NCBI RefSeq assembly: GCF_044704955.1
Contig: NC_091994.1
Location: forward strand, 48,732,001 to 48,796,000
Source of the DNA: Pristiophorus japonicus
Lineage: Eukaryota
DNA length: 64,000 bases
Direction of reading: 5' to 3'
A model generated the notes under the pieces. The model searched no databases. It worked only from the letters and a program-made list of their open reading frames with translations, and was not told the origin of the DNA. Made by a program: the position numbers and the translations under genes. Below are positions 1 to 11,919 of the stretch, one piece after another; within the stretch, counting starts at the first letter, position 1; each line of letters begins with the position of its first letter.

Positions 1-209
1 AATCTGAGCTTCCCTAGGGAGGGGCAGTGTGCGATCCCCCTGTGGATGGAGTATGTTTAATGTTTGACCCTGAGCTTCCCAACGAGGGGGCAGTGTGTGA
101 TGACCCTGTGGGGCGCAATATGTTCAGAGTCTGACCCTGAGCTTCTCCAGGGAGGTGCAGTGTGTGATGTCCCTGGGAAGTACAGTATGTTCAGTACCTG
201 GCCATGAGC
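1..209 (-). repeat. ~64-bp minisatellite (CACAGGGACATCACACACTGCCCCTC family), about 3 degenerate units
   Basis: Recurring GGCAGTGTGTGATG-CCCTG and GACCCTGAGCT motifs; reverse complement of the array at 55680-56150. Confidence 0.85.
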
Positions 210-349
210 TGTCTATCTCTGTCTTAAATTTATTCAATGACCCAGCTTCCACAGCGCTCTGAGGCAGCGAATTCTACAGATTTACAACCCTCTGAGAGGA
301 GAAATTCCCCCTCATCTCAGTTTTAAATGGGCCCCTTATTCTAAGATTT
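210..349 (-). mobile_element. CR1 LINE 3' fragment inserted in the ZNF pseudogene
   Basis: Encodes the CR1 ORF2 C-terminus (RVVNL-NSLP region) on the minus strand; same ZNF junction as 54794-55088. Confidence 0.85.
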
Positions 350-860
350 AACTGGTTTCTCTCCACTGTGAACCCACTAGTGTTCTATGGTGTTCATAGA
401 CTGAGCGAATCCCTTCGCACGCTCGTGGCAGGTAAACAATCTCTCTCCAGTGTGAACTCTTTGGTGTGTCAGCAGGTGGAATGAGTGCCTAAACCCCTTT
501 CCGCAGTAAGAGCCTCCAAGCGGTATTTCTCGTCAGTGTGAACTATCGCGTGCTTCTGCAGGATGGATATTATTCATTGATTCGCTTCCCACACACGGCA
601 CAGAAGAACAACCTCCCTACGGTGTGAATGCGCTGATTATTTTTCAACTGGGATGGGGAAGGAAATTGCTTCCCACAGTCCCCACAGTTGCCCCGTCTCT
701 CCTTGGAAAGATTGCATTTGTGTCTTGACATTTCAGATGATGGGCTGAAGCGTCGTCCATACACAGAGCACATGTAATCCCCCCCCTTCCCCTGCACCCC
801 CCCCACCGCCCCCGTGATTGGTCCTGATGATACCAGTGACTCTGTCATCACTGTAAGTGC
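350..860 (-). pseudogene. C2H2 zinc-finger array pseudogene (left-arm copy)
   Basis: ORF 570-851 has degenerate fingers (CGDCGKQF...HTVGR, CAVCGK); further HQRVHTGER linker; stops and indels. Confidence 0.85.
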
Positions 861-1044
861 GATAGAATCATAGAATCATAGAAATTTACAGAATGGAAGG
901 AAGCCATTTCGGCCCATCGTGTCCGTGCTGGCCGACAAGAGGCTATCCAGACTAATCCCACTTTCCAGCTCTCGGTCCGTAGCCCTGTAGGTTATGGCAC
1001 TTCAAGTGCACATCCAAGCGCTTCTTAAATGTGGTAATGGTTTC
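861..1044 (-). mobile_element. CR1 LINE 3' end; continues at 16761-17840
   Basis: (ATAGAATC)n tail; collinear with the reverse complement of 54120-54310. Confidence 0.85.
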
Positions 1045-2760
1045 TGTTCTGTCTTCAGATGCTCGAATAATGACGCCACGAGACAATGTGTTGCTTGAAC
1101 TGTAGTGATCTTAATCCATTTAATGTAACTCCAGAGTGAGGATCACACATGGTGGCCTGCCTTTTATACTAGGCCTAGCACACCTGTACAGGTAACCTAC
1201 AAGTCTCCCACTGCAGTCCCCTCCGGTGACACACCTTGTAATTGTACAAGCAGTAACCATGTAGGATACATGACATCACTCTCCCCCAAGTCCTTAGTGC
1301 AAATCGCCTTTGCGTTGACTATGCTCTGGGCTTAGCTCTATGTGGTTGACCCTTGGAGGGTCGTTTCTATCTTGGGTGAGTAGATGGTGTTTCGTTGGCA
1401 TTGAAGTTGCTGGTGGTTTCTGTTTGTGCGTCCATGATCACTCCATTCTCTTCCCCCGCTCTCCCCCACCCCCCCTTCCAGATTGTGCCGTTGGCTCATT
1501 ACATTCATATACATTCAAGTCCAAAAAAAAATTGCATTTACAGTATTGCATTCGTGGTACCGTGGTGAGGTAAGTACAGTTGAATGGTGAGGTACATACT
1601 TGGAATATACTTGGAGTCAGTGCTGAGGTCAGCACCGGTGCCTGAGGACAAACTGGTGCCAGAACGGCTGGATGGTGTCCAGGTAGTCTGGTGGTGGCAT
1701 GGTGCCCAGTGCTGGCAGTGGGAACCCGGTTGGCTCAAGTTGCCTGCTCTCTGGGCCTTTGCCATTGCTTCTAGCATTGGGCAGTTTCACAGATGCCTGT
1801 GACCTCCCTGTCCTCTCCTTGCACCCCAGGTCACTGCTGCTCCCTGAGGAGCAGTCGTCTACAGTGCATAGGGAACTGCTGACTCTCTTGCCTGGGCATT
1901 ATTTGGTTTGGGATCCTGGCTGGTCCCAGTCCCATTTGGGAGAACCGTTGTGGGTGACCCTTCGCTCCTGGGTGTAGCATTGGTGGCGATAGGGTCTGGG
2001 GGCTGTGCCTTAACGCAGTTTGCTCTTTCTGGCTTGTGGTGGTTGGTGCCATCGGGTGTCTGAGAGGTGGAGCTGACTGGGGGCAGGGTGTCGATACTGG
2101 TGCCGTTGCCCTCCTGAGATCGCTTGCTCTGCGGCCTTTATATATTAGCTGCTTGTGGCCATGCTCTGTGGTGCATCACTCTGGTCCCAGGGATGCAGGC
2201 TACAGCATTGGGTAGCTCGCTGGACCTGTGTGCTCCCGATGGGTGTTTGCCCGCTGCATTGACTGTATGCAGTTGAAATCCTACATCGCACAACGTTTCA
2301 TTACTTAATGTAAATAACCTGTAGCTCCGATCGCAATCGTGAGACTTTTCTTTGCTTATTGCATGTACACAACTCTGATCATCAATTACAAATGTTACAT
2401 ATAACTCACAGTCGCTGTTACATTGCTTGAGAGTGTGGAACTGTCCCTTTAAGTGTGGTGAGTTGAGGGCCTCCTTTAAGAGCGCCTTGATATCTTTACC
2501 CTAATCCTCTTCTTCGCTTGGTGCCACATGTTGCTCCATCAGCGCTGCACTTCGTGGTCCAGCCACTGCCATCTTTTTCTTCAGCACCTCACCTCATGGT
2601 TTGGGCATCATCTTTCTTCCATCCATGATGTCGACTGCTGTGATCCTCTTCTCCCTGGGTTCTGCCACTGAAGCTGGGAAGTCACCTCTGGGTCCGATTT
2701 TCTTCCTCCGGAGTCCTGCCACTGGAGCCTGGAAGGTGCGTTCAGGTCGTCTCAGCTGGA

Positions 2761-4143
2761 TCATCTCCACGCAGTCATGCTGAGCGGTCTGTGCCTCAGT
2801 GCTGTGCTGGCCTGCTCTCTGGTGCTGGATCCAACCTCAGGTGGGGGTTTGCTTTGCCTCTGAGCGTGAAGGATGTCGATCGCTGGAGGGATGAAATCTT
2901 CCCAGCTCCAATGAATCTTCTCCATCCACCTTCTTCCAAGTAGCGTTGGTCCATCACCTGCAACAATCCACAGGGGTAATTTGTGCACCGCGCCATCATG
3001 GAGTACCTTTACATCTGCACTACCAACGACTAGGATAAGTTCATTGGTGCAGGTGCACAGCTTTGCCTGAACTGGGACCAACTTGGGTCGTTCATCCTGA
3101 TTGTCCCATAGCCTCTCAAAGGCTTCTTGATTCATTACTGACTGGCTCGCCCCCGTGTTCACTTCCATGAAGACTGGAATGCCATTTATCTCTACTTCCA
3201 TCCTCAATGGAGAACATTTGGTGGTGCAGGTAAACATGCTATATACCTCATCGTGGGGCTGAGCTGCATCTCTGACTATCATTTCATAATCTGCGCTGGA
3301 TTCACGGCCTTGTGCAGACTCTTCATCAACACAGTGAGTCATCGTTCTTTTACACATTCACTGGAGGTGGCCCTTTGTGCTGCAGCCTTTATATAAATAG
3401 TCTTTAAAGTGGCACTAGTGAGCCCTGTGATTCCCTCTGCAACGCCAGCATGGTGCTACTCGATTAGCCCCCCCTTGGTGGACTCTGAGTTAAGGGACTC
3501 GGGGGCCTGTTCTCTCTCCCCGAGAAGATTCATGTTCTACAATCCAGCCTCTAAAAGGTGCCATTCTGTGCACAGTACTTGCTGGGTTTGAGTCCTGAGG
3601 ATGAGTCATCCGCCTAGAGCCACAGGTCGAGGTCATGAATGCTTGGCTCACGGAGATGGCCTTCTGCAGTGTGACTGTGGTATCAGCAGATAGTAGCTTA
3701 TGAAGAAGGCCCTCATGGCTGATTCCGATGACAAAGATATCCCGCAGCGCTTCGCTGAGGTGATCGCTGAAATCACACGGTGCCGCCAGCCTCCTGAGGT
3801 CTGCAGCAAATTTCGCGATCTCCTGGTCTTCAGGCCGTCAGTATGTATAAAACCGGTGTCTGGCTGTTAGGATGCTCTCTTTGGGCTTGAGTTGTTCTTG
3901 GATCAGCATTACAAACTCCTCGTATGTCTTGGTCGTTGTCTTCACTGGTGCCAGCAAATCCCTGATGAAGCCATTGACGGTGGGCCCATAACTGGTTAGC
4001 AGGATAGCTCTGCGCTTATCAGCCAGTGTGGCCGGATTGTCATCTGCCAGGTCATTTGCTGTGAAGAAATAGTCGAGCCTCTCCACAAAGGCTTCTCAAT
4101 CATCACCATCGGTGAACTGCTGCAACGTACCAAAGCTAGCCAT
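2761..4143 (-). pseudogene. Element A gag-protease remnant
   Basis: MASFGTLQQF..ERLDYFF..HRFY gag, zinc-knuckle remnants, protease MEVNTGAS (DTG-like) ..LLGRRW; stops and frameshifts; no RT, RNase H or IN downstream. Confidence 0.85.
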
Positions 4144-6808
4144 TTTCGTGTGAAGGTCTGTAATCTTGTCGCCAATTGTTATGTCTTCAGATGCTCTAAT
4201 AATGACTCCATGAGTCAATGTGTTGTACTTGAACTGTAGTGACCTTAGTCCATTTAATGTAACTCCAGAGTGAGGATCACACATGGTGGCCTGCCTTTTA
4301 TACTAGGCCTGGCTAACTGTTATGTATGCATGCCTGTTTACTGTGTGATGTCTGTAACACTGTTATAGAAAAATAGGTGCAGGAGTAGGCCATTCAGCCC
4401 TTCGAGCCTGCACCGCCATTCAATGAGTTCATGGCTGAACATGCAACTTCAGTACCCCATTCCTGCTTTCTCGCCATACCCCTTAATTCCCCTAGTAGTA
4501 AGGACTACATCTAACTCCTTTTTGAATATATTTAGTGAATTGGCCTCAACTTTCTGTGGTAGAGAATTCCACAGGTTCACCACTCTCTGGGTGAAGAAGT
4601 TTCTCCGCATCTCGGTCCTTAGGCTGTGACCCCTGGTTCTGGACTTCCCCAACATTGGGAACATTCTTCCTGCATCTAACCTGTCTAAGCCCGTCAGAAT
4701 TTTAAATGTTTCTATGAGATCCCCTCTCATTCTTCTGAACTCCAGTGAATACAAGCCCAGTTGATCCAGTCTTTCTTGATATGTCAGTCCTGCCATCCCG
4801 GGAATCAGTCTTGTGAACCTTCGCTGCACTCCCTCAATAGCAAGAATGTCCCTCCTCAAGTTGGGAGACCAAAACTGCACACAACACTCCAGGTGTGGCC
4901 TCACCAATGCCCTGTACAACTGTAGTAACACCTCCTTGCCCCTGTACTCATATCCCCTCGCTATGAAGGCCAACATGCCATTTGCTTTCTTAACCGCCTG
5001 CTGTACCTGCATGCCAACCTTCAATGACTGATGTACCATGACACCCAGGTCTCTTTGCACCTCCCCTTTTCCTAATCTGTCACCATTCAGATAATAGTCT
5101 GTCTCTGTTTTTACCACCAAAGTGGATAACCTCACATTTATCCACATTATACTTCATCTGCCATGCATTTGCCCACTTATTTAACCTATCCAAGTCACTC
5201 TGCAGCCTCATAGCATCCTCCTCGCAGCTCACACTGCCACGCAACTTAGTGGCATCTGCAAATTTGGAGATACTACATTTAATCCCCTCGTCTAAATCAT
5301 TAATGTACAATGTAAACAGCTGGGGCCCCAGCACAGAACCTTGCGATATCCCACTAGTCACTGCCTGACATTCTGAAAAGTACCCATTTACTCCTACTCT
5401 TTGCTTCCTGTCTGCCAACCAGTTCTCAATCCACGTCAGCACACTACCCCCAATCCCATGTGCTTTAACTTTGCACATTAATCTCTTGTGTGGGACCTTG
5501 TTCAAAGCCTTCTGAAAGTCCAAATACACCACATCAACTGGTTTGCCCTTGTCCACTCTACTGGAATCATCCTCAAAAAATTCCAGAAGATTTGTCAAGC
5601 ATGATTTCCCTTTCACAAATCCATGCTGACTTGTTACCTCTTTCCAAATGCACTGCTATGACATCCTTAATAATTGATTCCATTATTTTACCCACTACCG
5701 ATATCAGGCTGACCGGTCTATAATTCCCTGTTTTCCCTCTCCCTCAATTTTTAAAAAGTGGGGCTACGTTGGCTACCCTCCACTCCATAGGAACTGATTC
5801 AGAATCTATGGAATGTTGGAAAATGACTGTCAATGCATCCGCTATTTCCAAGGCCACCTCCTTAAGTACTCTGGGATGCAGACCATCAGGCCCTGGGGAT
5901 TTATCGACCTTCAATCCCATCAATTTCCCCAACATAATTTCCCGACTAATAAAGGATTTCCCTCAGTTCCTCCTTCTTACTAGACCCTCTGACCCCTTTT
6001 ATATCCGGAAGGTTGTTTGCGTCCTCCTTAGTGAATACCGAACCAAAGTACTTGTTCAATTGGTCTGACATTTCTTTGTTTCCTGTTATGACTTCCCCTG
6101 ATTCTGACTGCAGGGGACCTACGTTTGTCTTTACTAACCTTTTTCTCTTTACATATCTATTGAAGCTTTTGCAGTCCGTCTTAATGTTCCCTGCAAGCTT
6201 CCTCTCGTACTCTATTTTCCCTACCCTAATCAAACCCTTTGTCCTCCTCTGCTGAGTTCTAAATTTCTCCAAGTCCCCAGGTTCGCTGCTATTTCTGGCC
6301 AATTTGTATGCCACTTCCTTGGCTTTAATACTATCCCTGATTTCCTTTGATAGCCACGGTTGAGCCACCTTCCCTTTTTTATTTTTACGCCAGACAGGGA
6401 TGTACAATTGTTGTAGTTCATCCATGCGATCTCTAAATGTCTGCCATTGCCCATCCACTGTCAACCCCTTAAGTATCATTCGCCAATCTATCCTAGCCAA
6501 TTCACGCCTCATACCTTCAAAGTTACCCTTCTTTAAGTTCTGGACCATGGTCTCTGAATTAACTGTTTCATTCTCCATCCTAATGTAGAATTCAACCATA
6601 TTATGGTCACTCTTCCCCAAGGGGCCTCGCACAACGAAATGGCTAATTAATCCTCTCTCATTACACAACACCCAGTCTAAGATGGCCACTCCCCTAGTTG
6701 GTTCCTCGATATATTGGTCTAGAAAAACATCCCTTATGCACTCCAAGAAATCCTCCTGCACCGTATTGCTTCCAGTTTGGTTAGCCCAATCTATATGCAT
6801 ATTAAAGT

Positions 6809-7358
6809 TGTTAATTCCTGGATTCTTTTACTTCAATCTGGTTCAGTAAAATTACTGAGTCGAATACCTCTTGTGCTTTGAACAAAGCAGTCTTTATTAC
6901 CGGCCAGTAAGACCTATCAGACAGAAGATATACTCTCTGGATAGAGCGTACACACTCCCTACGGATAGGTGAAGTTACATCGTAAAGCGTTAACAGTTAT
7001 ACAGTTTTGAAATCAGATAACAAAATACAAATGGATTGACAGTCTAACTCAGCCACTCATTCGTCAATCTATATGAGATGTTCTTCTTGAAAGCTCAAGT
7101 ATTGCCTCTAAATGTTTCAATCTAATGGTGTGACTATTTACTGAGACCTTGCAATTCTGCAGATGTATTTCATGTTACAATTATATATTATTGGCAGGAT
7201 TAGTGACTTGAAACCTTGAGACAGATTGTTAGCTATGCTGATGTTGCACTATTTGCAATCTGACATTCTCCCAGCTATTCTTCCATGGCTTATACATTTT
7301 CATATATCCCGTTTACTTTACTATCCTTAATTCCATATATTCCGTTCAGATATCCACA
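6809..7358 (-). repeat. ERV 3' LTR
   Basis: 550 bp; AATAAA on minus strand at 6893-6898; adjacent PPT AAAAGGGGGGA (7359-7369). Confidence 0.97.
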
Positions 7359-7393
7359 TCCCCCCTTTTATCATTCTATGATAACATTTAGGA

Positions 7394-7927
7394 TCATTCT
7401 ATGAGTATTGCATTGTTGAGTAGTTCTCTAGTTTGTTGGATCATAACCCGGGAACCCTTGACCACAAGAGGGTCTGCTAACCTTGTCCTTACTTTACAGC
7501 AGAGGTTAAGGCAACCAACAATCAAACAGCAGGTAATTATCATGATGAGAACAATTGCCCCATGTATTAGATAGGATCTCCAAGATCCACCCAGAAACCA
7601 ATCAAACCTGCTAAGTTCTTTTGCTGGTGTGGATAACTTTTTCACCTCCCTCCTTATGTGATCGGCAAGGTGGGTTATGTTTCCTGAACTATCAGGAATG
7701 TAAGTGCAACATTCAGATCCTATCAGGGCACACGTTCCCCCTTTAGAATGTATAGGGATATGTGAACACACCCAGCATCTAGTGAAGTGCCCTTTTTCCG
7801 CATAAACGTAAGACATATACAAAAAGGTGTTTACATGGAGCTCTCGCCTTTGTCTTCCTTCCCGTGCACCAAAACTGTCATATATCAACACTATTATGCA
7901 GACAGTAGCATACAGACACAGTCTCAT
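7394..7927 (-). CDS. env: Internally deleted (mini) gamma-type Env, 177 aa, open frame
   Basis: Signal peptide, RQRR, CWVC (CXXC), fused at KGG to CALIGSECC (CX6CC), TM helix and cytoplasmic tail; upstream splice acceptor at 8079. Confidence 0.85.
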   Translation of the reverse strand: MRLCLYATVCIIVLIYDSFGAREGRQRRELHVNTFLYMSYVYAEKGHFTRCWVCSHIPIHSKGGTCALIGSECCTYIPDSSGNITHLADHIRREVKKLSTPAKELSRFDWFLGGSWRSYLIHGAIVLIMIITCCLIVGCLNLCCKVRTRLADPLVVKGSRVMIQQTRELLNNAILIE

Positions 7928-8078
7928 CTTATAAATAGTCCAATTATTTAGCTGATAAAAAGAGTTCTGTTTTCACGTTTCCCTTCAGGTCTCCGTCAGT
8001 GTATTTGGCTGTCTGACAGGTAAGAGTTCAAACTGATCCTCCTTCAACTGCCTTGTTCAGCTATAGGGAGGAGGAGAT

Positions 8079-8100
8079 CTGGAACAGAAACAGGAATTAG
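8079..8100 (-). promoter_or_regulatory. env splice acceptor
   Basis: Minus strand CTAATTCCTGTTTCTGTTCCAG|AT: branch point-like CTAAT, pyrimidine tract, CAG; first downstream AUG is the env start (A at -3). Confidence 0.7.
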
Positions 8101-8109
8101 ACTAACCAG

Positions 8110-9450
8110 CAAAATTTGTTTAAATGGTGATGAGCTTGCAGTGGTGCAGGTGAACCCAGGCACTTTTCCCCTCAACCTTGGCTGCAGTGGGGGTAGTGAG
8201 TGACACCTAAAAAGGCCCCTCCCATTGTGGCTCTAATCCCTTCCGAATCCATACTTCCCTGGTGCCACGAGGGACAATTCGGGTAAAACTGGGAGGTCGA
8301 GGTGAGCATCTTGAACCTGGTTGTGAACTAGTCGCAGAGCCTGAGTCAGAGAAAGAACATAGGTGGTCATCAGTCTAGCTGAGATCTCATATCTAGGAAC
8401 AATTTCCCTCATTAACACCTTAACAACAGTCTGAGTCTTATCGTCCAGGTTAGGGTAGGCTTCAATCCATCTGCTAAACACATCTACTATTACTAACACA
8501 TATCTGTAACACTGAACTTTTTGCAACTCAATGTAGTTCAACTGAAATGTCTCAAAGGGACCTTCGGGTAGGGGCGTTTTACCCCAATCACAGGGGACTC
8601 CCTTCCCTGGATTATGTTGCTGGCCAACCAGGCAACGACTACTGATGTTCTGGGTGAGCGCCTGGAGTTTAGGGTGCCACCAAGTAGCCAAAAGTGTGTC
8701 ACTCGTGGTCCTTGCTCCACAATGAGTAGCAATATGCAGACATTCTATAACCCATGAGGCCAACTCGTCAGACATGCAAGTCTGTTCCGCGGGAGTGGTC
8801 CAGAGTTTAGAAACATTGTCATAAGTACATGCATAATATTTCCACAACAGTTTATCTTTTTCAGGAGCGTCCCCCTGTGCTTTTATAACATCTTGGATGG
8901 TTGGCATTGGTTTTTCCGAGGCTAACTTATCCTTCGCAGGATTTTTAGTCTGACTCATAATTTTGGGCACTACCATCTGTTGGTCACGAGAGGCCTGTTT
9001 GGCCTCTTGGTACAATGGCAATGCGTTTGGGGAACATGAGGGCTTGCAACAAATCAGATACTAACTGTTTATGAGATATCTCATTCCCCTGTGAGGTTAG
9101 GAATCCCCTATTTTTCCATAATTGTCCGAAATCATGCGCCACCCCAAAGGCATACCTAGAGTCGGTATAGATATTGACTTTGAGATCTTTGGCCAAGATA
9201 CAGGCTTGGGTGAGGGCGAATAGTTCAGCTTGTTGAGCAGAATAGGCGGTTTCAAAGCAGCAGATTCCAAGACCTGATTCTCCTGGTTTACTATGGCGTA
9301 TCCTGAGATTCGTGTATCTTCTGGATTAATAGAAGTACTTCCGTTGACTGGGTTCTTCCTCATCTTGGGGTGGCTCAGTAAGAAAACAGGCCGGATTAAT
9401 TGCAGTATAGTGCCAAAAAGTCAGTTTAGGATTGCCTGTGATTTCAGTGG
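8110..9450 (-). pseudogene. pol: ERV pol remnant: end of RT connection, RNase H, partial integrase
   Basis: INPACFL; SAQQAEL; VNIYTDSRYAFG; HHCC-like LHIATH..CLVG; VIVDVFSRWIEAYP; IN core truncated; frameshifts. Confidence 0.9.
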
Positions 9451-9496
9451 GTTCTGTCGGATAGAGGGCCAGTCCACATTGCCCTGCACTGGGATC

Positions 9497-10345
9497 TCAA
9501 TTAATGGGAGTATAACCCACATCGGAGGGGTCCTCTGCCCACACATGAGGATCCACATAGTCAGGTATGTCCGAGCCAGTATGATGCTGTAGAGTCGTTA
9601 ATACTTTCTCGGGGTCCCCATTAAATTGGACTGTTCGGCCATGTTTTACAATTTGCACATCCCGGCTGGTAGGGTCAGCCTCATCTATGGCCTTACGTAC
9701 CATAACTCCCAAATCTTTAGCATGGTGAGGGGCTAATACTTCACGAGCAATATGCGGTGCCATTGTTAGGGGCTGTTTCCACAGATTCTTATCCACTTCC
9801 ACAAAATCTGCCTCTCTTTCCAGTCCAGTCACTCTAGCCCTTAATAGAATTCCCTTCATTTCCCCTTCGTGATCCTGATAAAAGTTCTGCAGGTCCTGAT
9901 TCTTTCCACTGGGATCGTATGCTAGGGTCACGTGACAGAGTGCCTGCGGCAGGTCCAGAGACCACCACTGAGGGGTTCTAGTGGTATAATACTGCCGCTT
10001 AAGGGTTTCCTGTTTTACAATAATCCCATCATCTCCACACTCCAAATGCAACTGGAATTTGCAAAGGAGGTCTCTAGCCATCAAGTTACAGTCCAGATTG
10101 GTTGTGATAACAACTCGATGTTCCACCGATTCTTCCTGGTAACCCATTTTAACCGGTTCTGACACTGGGAATGTCAAGATTTGTCCCAGGAATCCTGAAA
10201 GTTCCTGTGTTTCAGTAGAAGCAGGGAGTTTAAGCTTTGATTGTACAGAAGACATGAAGGCTCCCGTATCTATCAAAAAGGGTTGCCACTCATTCAGAAT
10301 GGGTTCGTCGTCCGGGGAGGATCCCTGCACAATCAAGCTGCGTAG
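9497..10345 (-). CDS. pro: ERV protease + putative 2H-phosphoesterase domain + first residues of RT
   Basis: FLIDTGA and NLMARDLL protease motifs; HVTLAY (9926-9934) and PHIA (9746-9754) 60 aa apart; VDPHVWAEDPSDVG resembles a class I RT start; in frame with gag across TGA 10346-10348. Confidence 0.8.
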   Translation of the reverse strand, partial: LRSLIVQGSSPDDEPILNEWQPFLIDTGAFMSSVQSKLKLPASTETQELSGFLGQILTFPVSEPVKMGYQEESVEHRVVITTNLDCNLMARDLLCKFQLHLECGDDGIIVKQETLKRQYYTTRTPQWWSLDLPQALCHVTLAYDPSGKNQDLQNFYQDHEGEMKGILLRARVTGLEREADFVEVDKNLWKQPLTMAPHIAREVLAPHHAKDLGVMVRKAIDEADPTSRDVQIVKHGRTVQFNGDPEKVLTTLQHHTGSDIPDYVDPHVWAEDPSDVGYTPIN

Positions 10346-11783
10346 TCAATCGGGGGACAATTGACCAAAGGGGTTGTTCTGGGAGAAGTTAGTGTAAGAT
10401 CCTCCTCTCCCCCCTTGCCCCCCTCCTCTTCCTCCTCTTCCTTTTCCATGCTGATGGTAGGGGCAATTTTTATTCCAATGTCCTTCCTGCCCACAATTAA
10501 AACAGTCAATTCCTCTTACCCAGTCCCGGCCTCTTCCCATACCATGCCGGGGACAATAGGGAGGTTTATTAGCAGGGCTCGGGCCGTTTGGTTGTTTAGT
10601 ATAACCGTATCCTTGCTTATCCATCCAATCCTGTATGCAACACTGCGGTTCTATTGATCCTTCCTCCCGAGATGGCTCTTCCTTTCTAGTCACGTATTCA
10701 GTCTTGACCCGGGTTGGGGGCGCACCTCCCCCCTCCCCTTTCTTTTTCTGCCAATAATATCTAACTGCCCTTTCCATCTGTCCGGATAGCGTGAGCAATC
10801 AAATAGTTGTTTGAAGATCACAGACATCTATAGAGAGGTGGTCTGCAGCTTGTTGTGCATCAGGGTTTGGCATTGGTCTGACAGGGAATTGGTGTCGGGA
10901 CTTTGGGATCTTGGAAATCATTTCTAGGCCGGTGGATGTTTCAGAGCTGTCTGACTGCTTGACAGTTCTGCGTCTCGATCGGCGGGGGTGTTTGCTATGT
11001 CTTTCACAACTTGGACTGGTAGGTTGACTAGAAGATTTACGGGACTGTTTGTGATGTTGAGATATAGTTCTGCCCTTTCGAGTGTGAGATCTGGTCCTTT
11101 CGGCTGTATTGCTTGTAAACTGGGGATCCGAATCGCTATCAGAGGATGAGGAGTCAGTTTGGGTTTGTTGCTTTGGTGATATGTGGTTGTTCCTAACTCT
11201 TTTTACCGGAGTGTTAGGTGGAGGGTGTTGGGAAGAGGACTGGAGCAAGAGGCCAGGGGGTGCGGGAGGCGCCGTTGGGCGCTGAGTCAGTGGCCACTCA
11301 TCAATTTCATCATCAGCCTCGGTTAACACAAAGCCAGCCATTTTAACTTGTAGTTGATCAATACTTTTCTCAGAGGTCCCAGAGGATCTCTTAGCAAGTT
11401 TCTCGTGCGCACATTCATTCTTTTTTTTTAAAGACGTCTACAGTTTTAACATGTGTTCCCTCTGTCAATGCAAGTCCTAATTTAATAGCATTGTTTGCCA
11501 ACTCGATAGAAGTGATGCATCTTTTAATTTCTGACAATAATGTCGCCAGGTTGCAATTAAATTTTTTTATCCCCTTTTCCTCGTCCCCTTCTCCAAATTA
11601 ATCCCTGTGCTTTTTTTTTACCTCTACGCTTCTAGTGTCACTTAGAGGCCACTGGTCATCCCCTAATAATTTGTTCAGGGCTCCTGATAATTTTCTAAAG
11701 TCTTCAGCTCTTTCAGGGAATTCCTCACATAGCTTTTGTAGCGGATTATCCGCATCCGTGGTTTTATCTAACTGATTACCCAT
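10346..11783 (-). pseudogene. gag: ERV gag remnant (MA, PTAP late domain, NC; capsid deleted)
   Basis: MGNQ myristoylation-type start at 11783; RPTAPP; single knuckle CFNCGQEGHWNKNC with RGG repeats; disruption after MA and an in-frame stop at 10799-10801. Confidence 0.85.
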
Positions 11784-11919
11784 TTTCACACTGCCCCTCG
11801 TATTACTGTGTCGCTACGCGTTCGTGTCGTCGTGCAATTTAAACAAACTTACAAATAGACACAGACTTTACAGAACTAACACGGACTTTAACTAACTCCA
11901 AATAACCAAACTTTACTAA

